From a virus (lineage: Duplodnaviria; Caudoviricetes), in IMG/VR virus record IMGVR_UViG_3300020045_013430, positions 1 to 38,736 of that record: a stretch of DNA of 38,736 bases. One strand, written 5' to 3'. Under the pieces are notes generated by a model, which worked only from the letters and a program-made list of their open reading frames with translations, did not search any database and had not been told where the DNA came from. Below are positions 16,477 through 26,896 of this stretch, in pieces (the stretch's first letter is position 1; each line of letters opens with the position of its first letter). A program made the position numbers and the translations under genes.

Positions 16477-19400
16477 CCTTCCTGTCTGTCGGGCGAGAAT
16501 GGTGTAGGTTTGCTTTGCTTGGTCGGTTTCGAAGGAAGTTGTCTTGCCCCAGTAGTAGAGCCAAGCATCGAGTAGTGGGTTGGCGTAGCGTAGTGCTTTT
16601 CTCTCACCCGATACGAGTGAGCGGAAACCTGAAATGAGACTGTCACCTCTCACAGACACATGATTCTTGAGGTCTTCTTGGCGAGCAAGATTCTGCCCTG
16701 TGCGCTCTAGATACAAATACTCGTTGATGAGCTGCTGTTCAGGAGGAGAATAGGTTTTGAGGACAGCTTCCCATAGCTGATAGTATTTCTGAAAGTATGT
16801 CTCGTAGGTCTTGTCGTATACTCGCATGATTGGGATAGTGTTGCGAGATACATACTCGTCCCACTTTGCCTTATCGTCAGCAGGTATAGCCTCCTCGATT
16901 GCGCGACGAGTGGCAATGAACTTGGTCCAGTCAGTTATCCGCTCGCCTGTTGCTGGGTCGATGGTTTCCTCGAGAGGAATGGAGTAGTACATGGCGAGTA
17001 GCTCATCGTAGGGGCTCATAACAGGCATGGGGTCCTTGTTCGCAAAGGACTGGGTGACTCTGTACTCCAGCTCCATTTCAGGAGTGTCCTCAATCTTTTT
17101 TGCTGTATAGTCTCTCACCTTACCCTGCAGACTCTTGACTCGCTTGAGGAAATCGTCAGGACCAAGACGGCCACGGTCGGAGCCAGTCAGGAAATCTTGC
17201 TGCAGGTCAAGTAGGTCGGAGGTTGTCTGCTCCTGATATCGCCTAACAGAATTCCACGCCAACTCCACTCGATTCAATACAGCCTGCTTTGAGCCTGGTA
17301 GAATAGGGTTGATGGAGCCACTGTACTTGAAGAACTCTAGCTCCTGCAAAAGTGGCGTCTCCCAAGGGTCCTGGCCACCTATAACGTCCCAGATTTTAAT
17401 ACCTCTACGCTTGAGTTCAAGTTGCTGCTCGGCAGTATAGCCGTACTTCTGAGTGATGTAGTCAGTGGCAGCTTGGGCAACTTCGTGAGCTCTGGTACTC
17501 TTCATTCGTGCAAAACCGAGCTGCTCGAACAGCGCACTATATTTGGCAACACTCTGCTTTGCGTCAGTCCAGAGTAGCTCTTCCTCTGGCAAGAGAGGCA
17601 GGTTCGACTTTATCTTTGCGTAGATAAGCGAACCGTCACTGCCCATATCGTCCACACTGCGGGAGATGAGATACTGACGGAAATTATCAGGAAATACGCG
17701 GTCGGAGATGAAGGAGAGTATTTTGTTGTCAGGAGCTAAGGCGATGGCAGTATTGAGAGGAGTGGTGTAGAGAGATGGCAGGACATTGCCCAGCTGACTC
17801 GACTCGCCTCCGAACATGGCTGTAGCGGTTCCATACACTACGTTGGGGTAGAAACCGTAGCGGCTGACTGCATCAAAGAAGCCAATAGCTCCGCCCATTC
17901 CATCGAGGTTGTCGTAGTACTCAGGATAATCCTGCTTCATCAATCGCGTGCTCCAGGTGCCCCAAACTGTGCCCCTGATAGGGTTGATGTCGATGGAGGT
18001 GCCTGGAACATGCACATAGCCCTCATCTGTGTTGTTTGTCCAGCGACCCCAGGAGGCGAGCAGTCCTGGGTTGCGAATGAATGAGCGAGCGACGTATGGC
18101 CAGCGCTGACTCTCGTATGTCCAGAAAGGATAGAGCTGCTTCATTATGGCGTCGAGCATGTTAGCGTCGGAGTAGTCAGTGAATTCTTTCTTGTACCATA
18201 TGTCAGCCTGGTCGAGTGCTTTCTGTCGCAGCTCATCGTAATTGCGGAAGTTGGCTGTAGGAACAGCAGGTGTCGGGAGTAGACTGTTGATACGCTCGCG
18301 AAGAACAGAGGAAGGAATGATGAGCTCGGACTCGTCAACACTACCAATACCTACGACATCTTCTATGCGGATAAGGATGTTGTCGAGTAGTAGTGGAGGC
18401 TTGTGCGGGTCAGAGAGCGCAAAGAGTGGCACAGACTTTTCAACCCCGTTATCAGATATCAGTATTTCGCCCTTCTTAGCAGAGTCACCATCATCAAGGA
18501 TAGTAACAATCTTGCCTTCATAGAGGGCATCTTTTCCGACTACTATCTCGAACGATTCGTGCGTGTTTGTCCAGGTATTCTCAAAGTCCAGAGCTGTATT
18601 TTTGCTGGAAGTAACATTAGTGAACTCACGGTCTAGATATTGCTTGCCCGCCTTACCCTTACCGCGATAGATGCGGATGTAGCCGGAAGGATACTTCTCG
18701 CGCAGTATGGCGTGTATTTTGGCAAGGAACTCAGGATGTGCCTTTGCTGTACGGCCAAAGAGCTGGAGTGAACTGTTGGTGTAAGAGTTAAACCACTTCT
18801 CCATGACTTCTTTAAGGTTATCGTACGCACCTGTATCGAGGCTGTCGAGCAAGGACTGGAGACGAGGAGCGAGTTGTGGGTCAGCGTCAAGGAGTGCATT
18901 CTCCAGCATCATCTGTAACTTATAGTGGTCAGGTATGATGTCTGGAATGTCGATGTTCTGCGTGATGAGCAGCTGAACTATCTCAGGGTCAGTAGACATA
19001 GTTTCAGCAATATCAGATAGCAGGACTCTCTGCATCGGAATAGATTCGGCGGCAGTAGTCAGCTCACTACGAATCTTAGCAAGATACTCGTAGTCTGTCA
19101 CTGCTACAGTCTCTGTTGTGTCGGTAGTGTTTTCGAGGTCAGCAATCTGTTTCCTGTAACTAGCAATATCCTCCTCGTCAGCATCGTAGTCTATAGCTTC
19201 CTGTAACTGCTTCTTGTAGTTCTTAATCTGTAACTGCTTTTCCGTGACACGCTTTTCGCCTAGTGCAATGTCGTGGTCAGGAATAGATGATACGCGAGAG
19301 ACTGCACTGCCGTTCTTAGCAGTCTCGTCAATGAGAGAATCAATGGCGGCTTTCTGTTCAGCAGGAAACACCTTCGCGTCGTATAGTGTGTGGAGGTCGG

Positions 19401-22400
19401 AGGCGAGTGAGTCGAGTTGCTTCTGTCTGACTCTAAACCATGAAGCTGAGTTCGGGTCAACTTGGATGGAACGAGCAATCTGGTCATACACTTCCCCAAC
19501 AGCTTCAGCAGTGAATCCCTTGTCGAAGTTGGGTTTTGCTAGACCCATTACAAAGGCAACAAAGTACTTCTTATCGCCCTCCGGCAACAGCACATCAAGC
19601 AGCATCTTACTCACATCATCATTGCGCGCACCTAGCAGTTTGGCTACATCGGCAGGCGCGAGTGGTCTGTTCTCGACAATGACTGGACGGCGAGGCGCAG
19701 TCTTTGCGCCAACAGCAGTGTTGATGTCTGCAATAGTGTTGTGGAGTTGGCTGTTGATGAGGGCGAGTTGCTGAGATGTGTCGTCCCAGTTCCTTGCAAC
19801 CGACGTGTAGAAGGTGTCCCAGAAGCTGCTGTTCTTCATGTCCTTTGGTGTGGCGTGGGCGAAGTAGGACTGGCGGAAAGCTATGTCAGCTGCGCGAGCC
19901 TCCGAGGTGAGCTTCCGAGCTGTGGTGACGAGGTTGAGGTACTGCTGGGTAGATGCGATATAGGATTGGTGTGCTGAGAGAGCCGACTGATTGGACAGAG
20001 TAGGGAGAGCTGCAAGGTCAGCACGAATTTTGTTGACTACTGTGTCTATGTTGGAATCGGCAGCTGCAATAAATCGAGCGATACGGTCACTCTCTGTGTC
20101 GAAGTGTATGCGACGGTCGTTGAGCGGCAGTCCACGGCTCTTGATGGTGGCGCGAGCAATGGTTTGAGTAGGAAGCGCTCCGTATGTTGCAGTCATGCGG
20201 TGGAGTGCAGAGATGAGGTCAGACATCGCAGCTGGATTAGAGACATCAAGAGCAACAAGCAGGTCAGTCAGTGCTTTGAAATCCTGTATTGCTCTGTCTG
20301 GGCCGAGGAGGTAGTCATTCGTCTCGACATCTTGCAGTGACTTGACAAAGGAGTTGATGCTGTCGTGGGAAGGGACAGGTGAGAACTTCTCCACGTCCAG
20401 CACACTCAGTCTGTAATAGCCGTCTGGGTGCTGAGCTGTGATGACCTTCTTGAACCCTGCCATCTCGTACATGACAGAGTGGGCTTTCTTCGGGATGATG
20501 TCGATAGTGGTTATGCCTTGCTTTTGCGCCTCAGCTGCGACAGCCGCCAGAATATCTTTCAGAACAGTCTTGTTCAAGACCTTCTTGCCGAGCGTGTTTA
20601 TTTCTAGGATGGTGAGGGATGAAGGCTCTATTCGATGGAGCCGGTCGGTGAGGAGTGTGGCGATGTGCTTGTTGCCAGACATGATACGGAAGGGCTGTAG
20701 TTGAGCATTTGCCGTCACTGTGTCTGCGATGACAGTGTAGGGAACGGTGCGCTGAGCAGCAGGTGTGACCGACTCAAAGATGAGCCTCTCATCGAACGCG
20801 TCGAGAAGGGTGCTGCGCGTGTCGGGAGATAGGTCAGGATACTTTGAGATGATGTCATACAGTTCCTTGCGGATAATCTTGTCGTGAGTGTAGCTCTCCT
20901 TCAACAGCTTGATGAGGTCAGGATTGTCGAGTGTGAGCTTGTTGGTGAGCGCGGCACTCTCGAGGTCAGCAAGTATCCCCTCTCTGACCCACTTTGGAGC
21001 AGCCTTGAATGAGGCTGAGCGGGAAGTAGGAACAGTGGCGCGAAGGAGTGCGGTCTCTGCTGGAGCCATGTCGGACAGTATCTGGTTCATGCGAGCAGCT
21101 TTGAAGTGCATACGGATGCTCATACTCACCATACCCTGCCGCTCTACCATGTTGAGGAAGATATACTGAGACAGCTTCTTCGGTGTCACTTTCCCGCGTG
21201 TGATAAGCTGGAGTGGAAGGCTGATGGGTAGAGTTGCTGCGGTTACTATCCAGTTGGTCCTGGTGCCGACTTGGTTGAACTTCCCCAGCATTTCAGAAAT
21301 TGCCTCTGCGTGCATGTGAGGGTCATCCAACAACCCAACTGTCTGGATTGCGTAGTGAGCTGCACTCATGCGGCCTGGAAATACTCCACCTAGAACAGAC
21401 CTTGTATAGTCTTCTATCATATTCATAGGCCCGTACATTCCGAAGGTGAGGTAGGCTTCGGCGGCAGGTCTGACAAGATACCGGTCAAGCTGGCTCATCC
21501 AAGGTTGGATAAGATGCCGGTCAGCATTGAAGAGGAAGACTCTGAAATGACCAGCTCTTCTAGATGCCTGAATTGCCTCAGACTTTGCAATTTCAGTATT
21601 GACCTTGAGGGAACGGCGGGCAAGTGACTGGAGAGCTTTTCCGGCTGTCTTCTCCGCCAGAAACCCACGCGCATCTTTGAAGATTGCATTTGTGCGGTCG
21701 AGAAAGAGTCGAGCGGATAGCTGGCTGATGTCTTCTGTTACCTCGCCTACTACATCTGCACGAAGGAGAGTGAGGAGAGCGGGTGCAGCAGAATCAGGGA
21801 TATGACCTGGTATGTGATTGAAGACCTTCTCGAACAGCTCATCAACCTCAGCCAGCAGCCTATCATCAATAGACTTTGGGTCGATAGTAGTTGCGCCTGC
21901 TTTGCGGAGGCGAGTTATCCAGCTGGTCAATTCCTCGCGGCTGACTGGAGCATGGTTGAGAAGGGCGCGGGCTGCGACTGCAACATCATCTTCTGCACGA
22001 GGATTCTGAGTGAGGTGGTCAAAGGCATAGTCGACAGCTTCGGTGAGCTTGCGCAGTCGGATGGTCATAAGTGGCTGCTTACCTGCGTATATCTCAAAGT
22101 ATCGGTTGAGGAATTGTAGCGACTCGCGGGAGAGAACTGCACCCTGCTGTGAGATAGTTTTCGGGATGATAGACTTAGCAGTGTACTTTACTGCGTCGAA
22201 CGGCAGGTCGAGAACTGCAGTCATTGCTTCGTTGCCTGCAGCCAGTACTCTCCCAGCTGGACCCATTGCGCGAAGGCCACGAGTAGCTAGACCACCAAAA
22301 GTAAGATAAGTGACGGGGTCTACAGCACCTTCCATCAGCATATTCTTGAGCATGAAGTCGAGGACAGGAGGTCCTGGTGCCTCCCACTTTTTCCATGCGT

Positions 22401-23490
22401 AAACTCTTGCCTCACGTTGAGATGCGTCAGGATTGGCCAACTTGAACTCATTATAGGCTTTCTCGATGTCAGGGATGCTTCCGTACATCCAGCCAGCAAA
22501 CGGAATAGATACATGCTCATAATATACATTCAGCGCCTCGAGAGCAACAAGTGGCGGATTGACTAGACTTCGCACCATGATGGAGAGGGCTGACTGAGTG
22601 GGCATCTCGCGAATGGACTGGAAGGTGGCGTCTAACATGCTCTTCCGATTGAGTGCTTCGGCTACAAGCGCATCTGCCGCCTTCACTGTCTCAGTATCAG
22701 CGTCTTCAAGATTATACCCCTTGGCGGTGAGAAAACTCTCCCACTCCGACTGGAGCCACTCTGTTTGAGGCGGAGCGACAGTGGTGAGAGATTTCATGAG
22801 CGAGTCGACAGAGAGGGAGTGGAGAGATACTGGTGTAGCCTGGATATTAGCAGGCGGCTTTAATCCTGTAAAGAATTCCTTCTGCAATGCGTCTGAAGGG
22901 GTGTGGACTTCGGTTGGTGTCGGCTCGTCACGAACTGCAAGGAGTATCGCCAGCTCATTCCTCGCATCCATGAGCTCTTCGGGTGTGAGACTGTCGGGAA
23001 TACTGAGGTAGCTCATAGCTTCTTCAACGGAATTAACCTTGCGCGTGGCGATAAGAGAAGCGGCAGTACTGTACAGATTCGAGTAGAACACATTTGCAGA
23101 CCACTCGTTCAGCAGCAACTTCACCTGATTGCCGAGTTTTGCGGCTTCCAGTGCACTCTTTCCACTATCGTCGCCAAACCTGCGGCCATCCTTGGAGTAG
23201 GCTCCAGTCACATCCTTCTCCGCACCCTTCAGGTACGCCTGGTCCTTTATGCCTAGAGTTGAGAGGTAGGCGACATCCTGGAGTGTGTTGTGACCAGGCA
23301 TCTTCTGCAGAGGCTCAACAGGAATGGTGAAGTACTTCTGCCGCTCCTGCAGTGTCTGGACAGTAGGGAAGAGTGTTTCAGCTTTCTTGGAGTACTGGTC
23401 GAATCGCGTATTCCACTCTCCGAGAGTCTTCTGGAAGCGTGTCTGGATGTTGAGTGAAGGAATGGCGGGTGCTAGTGGATTATCAGGCAC
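16468..23490 (-). CDS. giant internal virion / DNA-ejection polyvalent protein, 2340 aa, with GNAT-like and ADP-ribosyltransferase-like domains
   Basis: Mostly helical; lies between portal and scaffold; VDPVTYLTFGG motif; LYPFWTY C-terminal region; YRG…FTNVTSS…ESE; AEAQKQG…MYEMAGF. Confidence 0.75.
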   Translation of the reverse strand: MPDNPLAPAIPSLNIQTRFQKTLGEWNTRFDQYSKKAETLFPTVQTLQERQKYFTIPVEPLQKMPGHNTLQDVAYLSTLGIKDQAYLKGAEKDVTGAYSKDGRRFGDDSGKSALEAAKLGNQVKLLLNEWSANVFYSNLYSTAASLIATRKVNSVEEAMSYLSIPDSLTPEELMDARNELAILLAVRDEPTPTEVHTPSDALQKEFFTGLKPPANIQATPVSLHSLSVDSLMKSLTTVAPPQTEWLQSEWESFLTAKGYNLEDADTETVKAADALVAEALNRKSMLDATFQSIREMPTQSALSIMVRSLVNPPLVALEALNVYYEHVSIPFAGWMYGSIPDIEKAYNEFKLANPDASQREARVYAWKKWEAPGPPVLDFMLKNMLMEGAVDPVTYLTFGGLATRGLRAMGPAGRVLAAGNEAMTAVLDLPFDAVKYTAKSIIPKTISQQGAVLSRESLQFLNRYFEIYAGKQPLMTIRLRKLTEAVDYAFDHLTQNPRAEDDVAVAARALLNHAPVSREELTSWITRLRKAGATTIDPKSIDDRLLAEVDELFEKVFNHIPGHIPDSAAPALLTLLRADVVGEVTEDISQLSARLFLDRTNAIFKDARGFLAEKTAGKALQSLARRSLKVNTEIAKSEAIQASRRAGHFRVFLFNADRHLIQPWMSQLDRYLVRPAAEAYLTFGMYGPMNMIEDYTRSVLGGVFPGRMSAAHYAIQTVGLLDDPHMHAEAISEMLGKFNQVGTRTNWIVTAATLPISLPLQLITRGKVTPKKLSQYIFLNMVERQGMVSMSIRMHFKAARMNQILSDMAPAETALLRATVPTSRSASFKAAPKWVREGILADLESAALTNKLTLDNPDLIKLLKESYTHDKIIRKELYDIISKYPDLSPDTRSTLLDAFDERLIFESVTPAAQRTVPYTVIADTVTANAQLQPFRIMSGNKHIATLLTDRLHRIEPSSLTILEINTLGKKVLNKTVLKDILAAVAAEAQKQGITTIDIIPKKAHSVMYEMAGFKKVITAQHPDGYYRLSVLDVEKFSPVPSHDSINSFVKSLQDVETNDYLLGPDRAIQDFKALTDLLVALDVSNPAAMSDLISALHRMTATYGALPTQTIARATIKSRGLPLNDRRIHFDTESDRIARFIAAADSNIDTVVNKIRADLAALPTLSNQSALSAHQSYIASTQQYLNLVTTARKLTSEARAADIAFRQSYFAHATPKDMKNSSFWDTFYTSVARNWDDTSQQLALINSQLHNTIADINTAVGAKTAPRRPVIVENRPLAPADVAKLLGARNDDVSKMLLDVLLPEGDKKYFVAFVMGLAKPNFDKGFTAEAVGEVYDQIARSIQVDPNSASWFRVRQKQLDSLASDLHTLYDAKVFPAEQKAAIDSLIDETAKNGSAVSRVSSIPDHDIALGEKRVTEKQLQIKNYKKQLQEAIDYDADEEDIASYRKQIADLENTTDTTETVAVTDYEYLAKIRSELTTAAESIPMQRVLLSDIAETMSTDPEIVQLLITQNIDIPDIIPDHYKLQMMLENALLDADPQLAPRLQSLLDSLDTGAYDNLKEVMEKWFNSYTNSSLQLFGRTAKAHPEFLAKIHAILREKYPSGYIRIYRGKGKAGKQYLDREFTNVTSSKNTALDFENTWTNTHESFEIVVGKDALYEGKIVTILDDGDSAKKGEILISDNGVEKSVPLFALSDPHKPPLLLDNILIRIEDVVGIGSVDESELIIPSSVLRERINSLLPTPAVPTANFRNYDELRQKALDQADIWYKKEFTDYSDANMLDAIMKQLYPFWTYESQRWPYVARSFIRNPGLLASWGRWTNNTDEGYVHVPGTSIDINPIRGTVWGTWSTRLMKQDYPEYYDNLDGMGGAIGFFDAVSRYGFYPNVVYGTATAMFGGESSQLGNVLPSLYTTPLNTAIALAPDNKILSFISDRVFPDNFRQYLISRSVDDMGSDGSLIYAKIKSNLPLLPEEELLWTDAKQSVAKYSALFEQLGFARMKSTRAHEVAQAATDYITQKYGYTAEQQLELKRRGIKIWDVIGGQDPWETPLLQELEFFKYSGSINPILPGSKQAVLNRVELAWNSVRRYQEQTTSDLLDLQQDFLTGSDRGRLGPDDFLKRVKSLQGKVRDYTAKKIEDTPEMELEYRVTQSFANKDPMPVMSPYDELLAMYYSIPLEETIDPATGERITDWTKFIATRRAIEEAIPADDKAKWDEYVSRNTIPIMRVYDKTYETYFQKYYQLWEAVLKTYSPPEQQLINEYLYLERTGQNLARQEDLKNHVSVRGDSLISGFRSLVSGERKALRYANPLLDAWLYYWGKTTSFETDQAKQTYTILARQTGRII

Positions 23491-23493
23491 GGA

Positions 23494-25128
23494 CTATACC
23501 TCCTCTGGTAGTGCGGGTTCTGACTGGACAGGCTGGCGAGGAGCGGGAGATGCCGGAGCTGAGTTGAAAGACTGCTCTAACTTAGCCGCAGCCTTCTCAT
23601 ACAACTGCGCATCCTCAATGTTCTCTGCATTGCGGAATAGTTGCGCTTCCTTTTTGAGAGCTGATATGAGGCTGAGTTGAGAGTAGATGTCATTTTTTCG
23701 CGCCTTGCTTGCACGTACCAGTGCCAACTCCTCCGAAGGGTTCTTGATTTCAGGAAACAGCTCTTCCATCACTCGCTCGTCACTTATCTCAAAGTCACTG
23801 TTCAACATGCGAGCTGTTGTGGCACGCTGGGTAAGGTCGCCAGGAATCCGCAGCTCATACGCAGCCGACAGCTTCACACTAGTTGGCAGGTTGTCGGGCA
23901 GTGACATGCTGTAGGGTTTGTAGTTGTGCTCTCTAATCATGTCGAGGAAGAAGTTGTCGATGTCAGTGAACAGGTCTATGATGCCAGTGTGGTAGGCTTT
24001 GGCAATCTGATTAGTAGTTGCCACCACCTGACTCATAGCGTATGCAGTCATGCGCTGCTGGATACTGCCGAACATTGTCCAGCTAGGTCCACCTCGCTGT
24101 TCCATAGCTTCCAGGTCAAGCTGGATACTTCTGAGTTCGACAGGGACAGCGGGTGGCTGAATAAAGCCTATCTCATCTTGAGGACCAAGCTTGTAGTGCG
24201 CACCTCGCCTATTCCACGATTCAGGAGATACGAGCTGCTTTGTCGAAGTGGACTTCTCATATGTGCGGGCTTGAGCAGTATCTCTCAACAGCTGCATCAT
24301 AAAGGTCCACCACTTGTTGACTGTCTTGTAGACATTCTCATTCGTGGCGATGAAGGACTGGCCGATGTCTTGCTTCCAATCTTCTGCGTGTTTCCCCTTT
24401 GCTAACTCGCCAGTATCCGGCAGTCCACCTATGGGAAATACGAAGATAGGAATGCGCTTAAACTTCGGCTCAATTGTGTCAGGCTTGACCAACTCATTCC
24501 CTACCATGATTGCATTGTGGACTATGATGCTAGCGACTGTCTGGTCAATCCACCAGTAATCATAGACTGTGGTAGAGTCTGACGGAGCTGACTTCAGTTT
24601 CCACCCATTCCGCTCAGCCATTCGCAGTATTGATGCAGCACCAGGAGAGAAGATATGAGCGCACTCTGACAGGACATCACTCCACTTCGGGTAGACTGTG
24701 ATGGGGTTCCAGGCTTCAACAATGCAGGCAGAACCGTCAGCTGAGGGGAGAGCTAATACACTATACCAGCCAGTCGCCAACAGATACTCGATGATGTCTT
24801 TCTGCAGATATCTGCCGCGCTGGCGATAGGAGTATGCAACATTCTCCCAGATAGTATCGAACATGAGGGAGAGCTCGGCAGCTGGTCGTATCTGTTCAGC
24901 GTCCAGACGAGCGGGCGGCAGACGGTGGGGGATGGGCTGGTTCAGGATGCTTGAGATAAGATTGAAGGAAGCTCTTGGGTCGTTACCAACAAAGCTTTCC
25001 ATGTCTCGCTGAGCAAGAGTGTCTACCATCTTTATCTGCTCGTACCAGTCACGGAACTTAGTATCGCGGCGTGACCAATAGCGCTGCAGTGCGACCGACC
25101 TGTTCTGGATATCAATTGCGCCTAGCAT
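23494..25128 (-). CDS. portal protein
   Basis: 544 aa, directly downstream of the large terminase; NPITVYP and IPIFVFP strands; helical C-terminus. Confidence 0.8.
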   Translation of the reverse strand: MLGAIDIQNRSVALQRYWSRRDTKFRDWYEQIKMVDTLAQRDMESFVGNDPRASFNLISSILNQPIPHRLPPARLDAEQIRPAAELSLMFDTIWENVAYSYRQRGRYLQKDIIEYLLATGWYSVLALPSADGSACIVEAWNPITVYPKWSDVLSECAHIFSPGAASILRMAERNGWKLKSAPSDSTTVYDYWWIDQTVASIIVHNAIMVGNELVKPDTIEPKFKRIPIFVFPIGGLPDTGELAKGKHAEDWKQDIGQSFIATNENVYKTVNKWWTFMMQLLRDTAQARTYEKSTSTKQLVSPESWNRRGAHYKLGPQDEIGFIQPPAVPVELRSIQLDLEAMEQRGGPSWTMFGSIQQRMTAYAMSQVVATTNQIAKAYHTGIIDLFTDIDNFFLDMIREHNYKPYSMSLPDNLPTSVKLSAAYELRIPGDLTQRATTARMLNSDFEISDERVMEELFPEIKNPSEELALVRASKARKNDIYSQLSLISALKKEAQLFRNAENIEDAQLYEKAAAKLEQSFNSAPASPAPRQPVQSEPALPEEV

Positions 25129-25155
25129 CTCGTTTCTCCCTGCGTATACTTCAAT

Positions 25156-26760
25156 CTATTGTCCCCAGCCATCGGACCAGCCCTTTGCACCTACAAAGCC
25201 ACGCTCCATCTGAATAGACCCTCTGCAGACAATCGCAATAGCAGCTGAATCATGATAGTCGTCAGCACCTACTGAAATCGGAATGATACGGCCTCTCGAC
25301 TTTCCCTCACGAATGTTGCGGAGCTGGCTGACAATCCTGATGTCATGGGTGGTTATCTTTGGGAGTGACCGGCTCAACTCATTGCACATGAAGACTTTGG
25401 TAGAGCCATTTGTCTGCCAGCCGATATTTGTGCTGACGATGCCAGTTACCAGGTCAGTCCTGTAATACAAATTTGGATAGTGGGTGAGGTGGGAAGTGAT
25501 GTCCAGCGCATCCTCGTTCGCTATCATAGCGTCATTATAGAAGCGCGCAACAGGCTCGCACCTCTGGACCATCTCTTTCCCTGCATACAGACCAGAGAAG
25601 GTTGCACAATGCACAAAGGAATCCTCTGTGAACTTCCACACAGTCGCAACAGACTCTGATATCTTTCCTAGTCCAGGGTCTATGCCCATTAGGTATTGCT
25701 GTCCTGGTTCGGGTGGATACCAGATGTCAGCACCGAGATGGAAAGAGTTGGGCGGGTAGCACAACTTCGCCAGCCTATTCACTTCCTCATGCGGGTACCA
25801 CTCGTCGGCAGCAGACTGGAAACAGCTCACATCGTCCTCTGGAAACTCCTGTCCGAACAACAGTCTTGTCTCGCCACTCCTCTTCAGACTCTGCGACTCA
25901 GCAATCTTGTAACGTCTCCAGCGGAGCTTATTGTGAGCCTCCTCAACACTGACCCCTGCATCACTCATCCGCAGCATCAGTTTCGCCTCGTCTTCTGTGA
26001 TGGTGGAGAGGAACTGCTGGCGGTCGTGGAGAAGTGCAAACTCACTATTCGGTTCCATCGAGTATTCGGGCAGCTCAATCCAGGGGTAGAAGTGCGCCTT
26101 AAAGACTGACTTGCCTAAATGCCAGCCTTCCTTTGCTGCCATGTACAGTTCGTAGAAGTCACTATCCTCACCATTGGGAGTTGAGATGGCACGTACCTTT
26201 GTATTTGGCTTGAGTGGCACACGATTGAGAGAGGCTGCAAAGGCTTCAGTAGCCGCGCCTGGTGGCCAGAACGCCAGCTCGTCCAACAGCAAATCATGTA
26301 TCGGCTCACCACGAGGCATAGCGAAACCCTTAGCAGATGCAATGTAGAAGCTACTCTCACCCTGCTTAGTACCAAGTCTATCCTCGAAGATGAAGGTCAT
26401 CTCTGCTACACTCTTATGGTGCAGCTTCGGGATGGAAGGCATCACCAATCTCAGGTTGTCGTAAAAGGCTCTGGCTTTCCTCAGTAGCCTGCCTGTAATA
26501 AACTCATCGTAGGAGATAATGACTGCTGTAGTTCCTTTGAACATGATGCAGTCGAGCAGAAAATCGCACATGATGATACTGGTGCCACCTGCCTGACTCG
26601 GCTTCACATAGACATCGCGCCAGGTGGATTCTGCCATCATGCGCTGTTGTATCGGGTTGAGGATGAAGGGAACTATCTGCCGGTCCTTGTTCTCAATCGG
26701 GACCAGTGTCTCTATCAGCCTTTTTCTGTCTGCAAAGAGCGCCTGAATCTTATCGTTCAC
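25156..26760 (-). CDS. terL: terminase large subunit
   Basis: VPFILNPIQ, KPSQAGGTS, Walker B LLLDELAFW, STPNG, QEFP, nuclease MGIDPG and DDYHDS. Confidence 0.95.
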   Translation of the reverse strand: MNDKIQALFADRKRLIETLVPIENKDRQIVPFILNPIQQRMMAESTWRDVYVKPSQAGGTSIIMCDFLLDCIMFKGTTAVIISYDEFITGRLLRKARAFYDNLRLVMPSIPKLHHKSVAEMTFIFEDRLGTKQGESSFYIASAKGFAMPRGEPIHDLLLDELAFWPPGAATEAFAASLNRVPLKPNTKVRAISTPNGEDSDFYELYMAAKEGWHLGKSVFKAHFYPWIELPEYSMEPNSEFALLHDRQQFLSTITEDEAKLMLRMSDAGVSVEEAHNKLRWRRYKIAESQSLKRSGETRLLFGQEFPEDDVSCFQSAADEWYPHEEVNRLAKLCYPPNSFHLGADIWYPPEPGQQYLMGIDPGLGKISESVATVWKFTEDSFVHCATFSGLYAGKEMVQRCEPVARFYNDAMIANEDALDITSHLTHYPNLYYRTDLVTGIVSTNIGWQTNGSTKVFMCNELSRSLPKITTHDIRIVSQLRNIREGKSRGRIIPISVGADDYHDSAAIAIVCRGSIQMERGFVGAKGWSDGWGQ

Positions 26761-26896
26761 GACGAGTCCTGGCGGAGCGGGAGCTGTTGCCGGTCCTTCG
26801 CGGCTCGTGTCGTCTGACGCGACTTACCTGAGCCCTGTTGATATTGCGACGAGAGGCTGCTGATACTGCGGCTGTTGTCCTATTCCTCCTCGCCAT
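26750..26896 (-). CDS. Arg-rich protamine-like peptide, 48 aa
   Basis: Not in the ORF track; MARRNRTTAAVSAASRRNINRAQVSRVRRHEPRRTGNSSRSARTRRER; GGAGG RBS; overlaps both neighbours. Confidence 0.65.
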   Translation of the reverse strand: MARRNRTTAAVSAASRRNINRAQVSRVRRHEPRRTGNSSRSARTRRER

